Positions 58,700-64,000 of a stretch of 64,000 nucleotides of DNA are shown here, in pieces. A model generated the notes under the pieces. That model saw only the letters and a list, made by a program, of their open reading frames with translations, searched no databases and had not been told where the DNA came from. Every line of letters starts with the position of its first letter. The first letter of the stretch is position 1. Location of the stretch: contig CAXXKM010000003.1 of the NCBI GenBank assembly GCA_963664435.2, positions 896,001-960,000 of the forward strand, read 5' to 3'. Origin of the DNA: Longimicrobiales bacterium. Lineage in GTDB: Bacteria; Gemmatimonadota; Gemmatimonadetes; Longimicrobiales; Gaopeijiaceae. The translations under genes were made by a program, and so were the position numbers.

Positions 58700-61357
58700 T
58701 CAGCGCGCCGGATCCGGGATCCGCGCCACGATCACGCGTACTTCGAAATCCTCCGCCCCGAGCTCAACGAGGAATGTCGTGCTCGCGCCTCTCTCCGTCG
58801 CGCGGAAGTCGTGGAAGCGCACGCCGCTTCCGGTCAGTTCGCCGCGGAATGGGCGGTTCACCGCCAGGTCCGCCCAGAGGACCGCCGTATCGTCGGATGA
58901 CCCGGTTCGGGTCACTGGCCACGGGTAGTGCCCGGGGGCGTTCAGAGAGGGGGCGAACTCTCCGACTTCCGGAAAGTCATAGGACGAGAAGCGCGGTACG
59001 CCTTCCAGCAGGCTGTCCTCGGCCCCCGCCACCGACATGGCCACCGCGTGCCGGGTCAGCAGATCGTCGAAGGTCAGACCGCTGACGCGCTCGATGCCCG
59101 ACAGACCCGGGGCGGTGAGCGAGTCGTTCAGCACGGTAACGAACGCCTCGTCCCCTGCGGGCGACGTGCCGGCCGTGCCGAACCAGTCGCGCAGGAAGCG
59201 ATGATAATGCCAGCCGCTCCCGTACACGTTGCCCCGGTCCCTGGGTCTGAACGTGACCGCGTTGGGACGTTCGGTGAACCAGGCAAAGGCGGATGCGGTG
59301 CGGCCGATCAGGTTCACGATCCCGTACACTTCCGGATAAAATCCGGTGATCCCCGCCTGCAGCATCTCGCCGGTCACCCGTTCGTGGACCGCCGGTCCCC
59401 CCGCAGCCTGCCACGCGAGGCGCGAACTCATTTCCTTGGCGATCTCGGCCGTGCCCTCCTCGATCCAGGTCGGATGAAAGTCGGGAGAGATCTCGCCCGC
59501 TACGCCCAGAGAATGCCGCACCCGCTTGTAGAGCGAGCTGACGTGCTTGACCTCGTGGACGAGCCCGCCGAAAGCCCAGTAGCGCTCGCTGTCGAGTTGC
59601 GCGAAGGCGCCGGCGCTCATGCGCACCAGCTCCATTTCGTTTGAAGAGGCGCACGTTTCGCGGGGCAGGGTATGGTCGCCTCCCCATACGAACGCCTTGA
59701 TGCCGTTGAGCGCCGGGTCCACCACCACGACAACCCGGCCATCGCCGTTCACGTCGCTCGTCCCGCCGAAGTAGCGCTCGATTACGGAGGCCCCGTAGTC
59801 CTCGTAGAAGGCGAGGATCCGGTCGGCGTTGGCCCTGGATATCCCCGTCGCTGCTTCTGCGTCTTCGTAGACGGCAATGTGGTCGTTCTCCGTGACCAGG
59901 CGGGCGTTCAGGGTGGCGTAGGCGTCGCAGCGTTCCCCTGGTTCGGCGGTGGGGTTGTACAGACGGAACATGCGCGTCGGCGGACTCGGCCCCGCATCCG
60001 CGGCCATGGCTCCCCGTACCTCGAAGGAGCGGTCGGGCAGAACCTCCAGCCGTCCCTCCATCGCGAGGCGCGAGAACAGCTCATCTTCCTGCTGCCGAAT
60101 CTCCTGGTGGAGGGCCGCGTTGGCGCGCTCGACTTCCTGGATCGCCTGCATTTCACGCGAAGGGATGGCCTGGCGGAACGCTCGCGCGGCGGAGGCCCGG
60201 TGCACGACGGGCCGCGGCGCGGTGGCGGCTGCGGCCCCCTCACCCGCGGTATCGGTTTCGGCGTGCAGCGCCACCGGCATGATGGCGGTGCTCCCGCCGT
60301 CGGCTCCCGCCAGCGTGACCCGGTAGTACGCGCCCGCCTCGGGAGCGCGCACGTAGAAGCCGCATCCGCGGATCGCGTCCTCTTCCAGAATCCGCACCTC
60401 CCCCAGTTCCAGTCCCAGCGGAGCGTCGCAGGCGCGCAACGTGAACTCGCGAACCGCTTCCCCGCCCTCCGAGTCGGCGAGCCGGACCTGCACGACGGCG
60501 GAGCCCGTGTCCGTGGGAACGCCGCGGATGGTCCCGCGGGAATCGAACCGGAGCCCCGGGGGCAGGCTGCTTCCCGCGCCGAGGCTCCACTCGTAGCCCT
60601 GGGTGGAACCGCCGCGGGCGCGCAGACGGGTGAGGTACGGGAGCGTGAGCCGCGCCCGGGCGAGCGAGTCGGTTTCTATGGTCAGCGGCAGGCGTTCCGC
60701 GGTAGCCCGGAACTCCTCGGTGACGCTCCCCGCAGTGGCGGCCAGCGCATGCCGGGCGGCCGTGCCCAGCGTCCAGGTGGTCTGGGCGAGGCCGGCGGGG
60801 CTGGTGACGGCTGACGCGGGCGCCACGGAACCGCCTCCCGAAGTCACGGCAAACCGGACCTGAACCAGCCCGGCGGGATGGCCGTTGGCATCCGTCACGC
60901 GCACGACGGCGGCCAGAGGGAGCGCCTCGCCGATGAACCCCGCCTGGAGGTCGCCGGCCACCTTCTCGATCGCGCCCGGCTCCTGGGCCACGGTTACCTG
61001 AACCCGTGTGCTGAGCGTGCCCGAGGTGGCGGTCACCGTGGCCGTCCCCGCCGTGATCGCCGTGACCACCCCGGTGCCGAAATCGACCATGACCGTCCCG
61101 GGCCGGTCGCTCGTCCAGGCCACCCTCTGGCCGGACACCGGATCGCCGTAGTGGTCGACGACCTCCGCCTGCAGTTGCAGGGTCTGGCCGATGGCGGTCA
61201 GCGTGAGGTCGGCGGGGGACACCGTCAGGGCGGCGGGCATCCCCGGCGGCGGCCCCGCCGGCTCGTCGCCGCAGGAAAGCAGCACGGCGACGCAGAGGCA
61301 CGCGCGAAGCGGGCGGGACAGCGCGAAGGGCAGTGACGGAAAGGCTCGATGCGGCAT
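58700..61357 (-). CDS. Ig-like domain surface lipoprotein with a zinc metallopeptidase-like domain
   Basis: Lipobox LLSC; Big_2-like, invasin-like and LPPGL (putative Ig) modules; DVNGDG, HEVKH, WIEEGTAE. Confidence 0.78.
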   Translation of the reverse strand: MPHRAFPSLPFALSRPLRACLCVAVLLSCGDEPAGPPPGMPAALTVSPADLTLTAIGQTLQLQAEVVDHYGDPVSGQRVAWTSDRPGTVMVDFGTGVVTAITAGTATVTATSGTLSTRVQVTVAQEPGAIEKVAGDLQAGFIGEALPLAAVVRVTDANGHPAGLVQVRFAVTSGGGSVAPASAVTSPAGLAQTTWTLGTAARHALAATAGSVTEEFRATAERLPLTIETDSLARARLTLPYLTRLRARGGSTQGYEWSLGAGSSLPPGLRFDSRGTIRGVPTDTGSAVVQVRLADSEGGEAVREFTLRACDAPLGLELGEVRILEEDAIRGCGFYVRAPEAGAYYRVTLAGADGGSTAIMPVALHAETDTAGEGAAAATAPRPVVHRASAARAFRQAIPSREMQAIQEVERANAALHQEIRQQEDELFSRLAMEGRLEVLPDRSFEVRGAMAADAGPSPPTRMFRLYNPTAEPGERCDAYATLNARLVTENDHIAVYEDAEAATGISRANADRILAFYEDYGASVIERYFGGTSDVNGDGRVVVVVDPALNGIKAFVWGGDHTLPRETCASSNEMELVRMSAGAFAQLDSERYWAFGGLVHEVKHVSSLYKRVRHSLGVAGEISPDFHPTWIEEGTAEIAKEMSSRLAWQAAGGPAVHERVTGEMLQAGITGFYPEVYGIVNLIGRTASAFAWFTERPNAVTFRPRDRGNVYGSGWHYHRFLRDWFGTAGTSPAGDEAFVTVLNDSLTAPGLSGIERVSGLTFDDLLTRHAVAMSVAGAEDSLLEGVPRFSSYDFPEVGEFAPSLNAPGHYPWPVTRTGSSDDTAVLWADLAVNRPFRGELTGSGVRFHDFRATERGASTTFLVELGAEDFEVRVIVARIPDPAR

Positions 61358-61506
61358 GGAACGTAAGATAGAATAACTCCGGGGTCGGGCACATTCGCCC
61401 GGTGCTCCCGGTACTGAGACCGGCAGCCCGCTGCGGTGAAATGGGCCGGAAGTCTGCCATTTTGGCAGAGTCCTGGCCACGCGACGCGCACCGGGCGCGA
61501 TGGCTG

Positions 61507-62271
61507 CTACCCCGCCAGCACCGCTCCGCCGTTCACGTTGAGGATCTCACCCGTGACGTGCCGGCCCAGCTCGGAGCAGAGGAAGACCACGGGGCCCGCC
61601 ACGTCCTCGGCGGTGGCGATGCGCCCGATCGGAATGGAGGCGGCGATGCGCTCCCGGCCGCCGTTGCGGAAGGCGGTGGCCGACATCTCGGTGTCCACCC
61701 AACCCGGCGCGACGCAGTTGACCGTGATGCCCCGGGGCGCGAGCTCGATGCAGAAGCTCTTTACGAACGAGCCCATCGCACCCTTGGCCGCCGCGTAGTC
61801 GGCGTGGAACGCCTCCCCCCGCTGTCCGGCCGTGCTGCCGATGAGTACGAGCCGGCCGTCCGCGCGCAGAACGCGAGCAGCGCTCCGGCAGGTGTAGAAG
61901 ACCGAGTGCAGGTCGGCCGCCATGGTCTCGTGCCAGCGCTCGTCGCTGATGTCGGACACGGGCGTGTCGGCGGTCGGCCAGATCCCGTGGTTGCCGACAA
62001 AGATGTCGAGACCGTCGAACTCCCGCACCGCGCGCGCGAACAGGCCGTCGACGGCTTCCGGCCGGGACAGATCGCCGCCCGCGGCCCAGGCGCCCACGCC
62101 GTGGCGGCGCACCTCGTCCGCCACGGCCTCCGCTTCGTCGCGGCGGCTCCGGTACGCGATGCCCACGGATGCCCCGGCCCGCGCCAACTGCAGCGCGACC
62201 GCCCTTCCGACGCCGCGGGAGGCGCCCGTGACCAGGGCGTTCCGGCCACGCAGATCGATCAGATCGTTCAT
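61507..62271 (-). CDS. SDR family oxidoreductase (FabG-like)
   Basis: VTGASRGVG, YAAAKG, NCVAPGWVDT, GEILNVNGG; GGAG RBS. Confidence 0.94.
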   Translation of the reverse strand: MNDLIDLRGRNALVTGASRGVGRAVALQLARAGASVGIAYRSRRDEAEAVADEVRRHGVGAWAAGGDLSRPEAVDGLFARAVREFDGLDIFVGNHGIWPTADTPVSDISDERWHETMAADLHSVFYTCRSAARVLRADGRLVLIGSTAGQRGEAFHADYAAAKGAMGSFVKSFCIELAPRGITVNCVAPGWVDTEMSATAFRNGGRERIAASIPIGRIATAEDVAGPVVFLCSELGRHVTGEILNVNGGAVLAG

Positions 62272-62463
62272 CCGACTCCATCCTTTCGTCCGGGTCTCCG
62301 AATCCCGCAGGGGGCTCCACCCGGGCACGCGCGCATATTGCTCGGTTTGCTGTTGAGTGGCCGGACCCGGATGCCAGGCCGGACCCGGCGGACAGAGCGG
62401 ACGAATTATCGTGACATGGCTCCGTCTTCGGTAGTCTCGCGCCGAGTGATGTCGCGTCGGCCG

Positions 62464-64000
62464 CTACTCCCACCGATACCCGAATCGCAGGTAGTAGAAC
62501 CCGCCGTTCGACCCGAACGGAGAATTGGGACCGTATCGATTGCCCGAAAAGACCGCGTTGGGGTTCTCCTGCGGATAGTTGTTGAGGGCGTTCTGTCCGC
62601 CGATCGTCACGGTCGCCGCCTCGCTCAACGAATACGCGGCCTCCAGGTCGACCAGATGGTTGCCGGCGTAGGAGGTATCGTCCCGGGAATCGAACCAGCC
62701 GTCGTAGTAGCTCAGCCGCGCCAGCAGGCGCACGCCGCCGAGGGCATGCTTGCCGGTTATCAGCCAGCGATACCTCGGGAGCCCTTCCTGCAGCTGCCGG
62801 ATGCGGGTGTCGTTCACCACATCGGGATCGTACCGGGTGACGCGCGTATCGGTGTGATTGAAGGCCAGGCTGAGCTCCGTATCGCTGGACGAGGCCGGGG
62901 TCCAGGTGGCGACGATGTCGATGCCCTGCGTGCGCGTCCGGAAGTCGTTGGTGAAGAAACGGAAGTTCTGCAGGTTCGTCGCGCTGGAAATGCCTTCCGC
63001 GACCAGCTGGGCCTTCTGCGCCTCGGTAAGCTCGAAGCTCTGGGTGAGCGCCAGGCGGTCGGAAACGCGGACGTGGAAATAGTCCGCGGTGAGCTGGAAA
63101 GGGCCCGCCCCAATGACGGCCCCCAGCGCCAGGTTGCGCGACTTCTCCGCGTCCAGGGGCTCGCCGCCGGCCAGCTGGGCGACCCTCGAAGTCGAGGGGA
63201 TGGTGCCATTGTTGACCAGGTCGCGCAGCTCGCGGTTGAACTGGGTCGACACGTTGAAGGCGTTCTGCTGGCCGGGGGTGGGCGCGCGGAAGCCGGTGCT
63301 CAGGCTGCCGCGCAGCGCGAGTCCCTCCACGAACGCGTAACGGGCGGCGAGCTTGCCGTTCAGGGTGGCCCCGAAGTCCTCGAAGTTCTCGAAGCGAAGC
63401 GCTCCTCCCAGGTTCCAGCGGCCCGCCCCCGGGTCCATCACCTCCGCGTCGCCGTAGAACGCGTAGTTGGCGCGCTGCCAGGCGCCGGCCGCGATCGGGC
63501 TGAAGCCGGGGAAGCCGTTGGAACCCGCGCTGAACCCCTGGGCCGCATACGGCCCGATGACCCATGACTCCTCCTGCCCGAGGCCGATTGTGAAGCGCTC
63601 GTCGCGCCACTCGGCGCCGCCGGCGAGGTTGACCATGTCGCTTGCGGCGTATCCCAGATCGACGTTGACGTTGATTTCCTCCTGCCGGTAGAGGCCGGGG
63701 TCGAACTCGTCCGGCGTCTCGGGGCCCAGCGAGGCATTGACGGTGTTGAAGATGAAGAAATCGACCTCGTTGGCGCCGTAGCCGGCGCTGGCGTCCCAGA
63801 GCAGTCCGCCCGCGGTCTGGCCCTTCACCCCGGTGACCACGGAGGCATCGGACACGTCGGCGCCGAACTGGGGCGTGAACCCGCCGGGAAACATCTTCTG
63901 GAAGGTGAAGCAGTTCGGGTCGGCCATGACCTGGGCGAGCGCGGCCTGGTCGGGCAACCCGTCGTTCACGCGGACGATGGGACATCCCGCCGATCCGTCC
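62464..64000 (-). CDS. TonB-dependent receptor (3' part; start outside window)
   Basis: STGFRAPTPGQ, beta-barrel strands, C-terminal SPFGSNGGFYYLRFGYRWE. Confidence 0.9.
   Translation of the reverse strand, partial: DGSAGCPIVRVNDGLPDQAALAQVMADPNCFTFQKMFPGGFTPQFGADVSDASVVTGVKGQTAGGLLWDASAGYGANEVDFFIFNTVNASLGPETPDEFDPGLYRQEEINVNVDLGYAASDMVNLAGGAEWRDERFTIGLGQEESWVIGPYAAQGFSAGSNGFPGFSPIAAGAWQRANYAFYGDAEVMDPGAGRWNLGGALRFENFEDFGATLNGKLAARYAFVEGLALRGSLSTGFRAPTPGQQNAFNVSTQFNRELRDLVNNGTIPSTSRVAQLAGGEPLDAEKSRNLALGAVIGAGPFQLTADYFHVRVSDRLALTQSFELTEAQKAQLVAEGISSATNLQNFRFFTNDFRTRTQGIDIVATWTPASSSDTELSLAFNHTDTRVTRYDPDVVNDTRIRQLQEGLPRYRWLITGKHALGGVRLLARLSYYDGWFDSRDDTSYAGNHLVDLEAAYSLSEAATVTIGGQNALNNYPQENPNAVFSGNRYGPNSPFGSNGGFYYLRFGYRWE

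Noticed and set aside
62359..62388. Short direct repeat GGCCGGACCCGG twice (similarly GACCTCCACAC twice near 18746-18770)
   Set aside because: Two copies of GC-rich short sequence; likely local slippage with no evidence of function.

Overview
High-GC bacterial chromosomal segment. Gene content (many S9 peptidases, TonB receptors, Ig-like lipoproteins, a BlaI/M56 pair, a 6-bladed-propeller lipoprotein) suggests a Gemmatimonadota-like organism; this is inference only. About 55 genes are visible, mostly peptide, amino-acid, sugar and metal metabolism: HmuY plus TonB receptor, DUF3299/ABC transporter, thrB-thrC, ilvE, metX-metB under a SAM-I riboswitch, and a deacylase/enoyl-CoA hydratase/acyl-CoA ligase operon. 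A visibly lower-GC block (about 26.7-33.5 kb) carries a Shango-type antiphage system (TerB protein with a 1-nt frameshift, DUF2791 ATPase, DEAD/Lhr-like helicase) and a VapBC pair. The most unusual signals are: (1) a BlaI / M56-TonB-plug signalling locus whose C-terminal module has been duplicated into a free lipoprotein, and whose promoter-operator (ACGAAG-N2-CTTCGT) recurs 20 kb away between lepB and a propeller lipoprotein gene; (2) an S9 peptidase lacking the canonical catalytic Asp and His; (3) tandem cupins with a footprinted duplicated promoter; (4) an unannotated 55-aa Lys/Pro/Arg-rich ORF; (5) a 16-bp tandem array between arsC and a PQQ dehydrogenase. No rRNA, tRNA, CRISPR array, transposase or integrase was recognised. 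All family assignments are by motif recognition, not database search.
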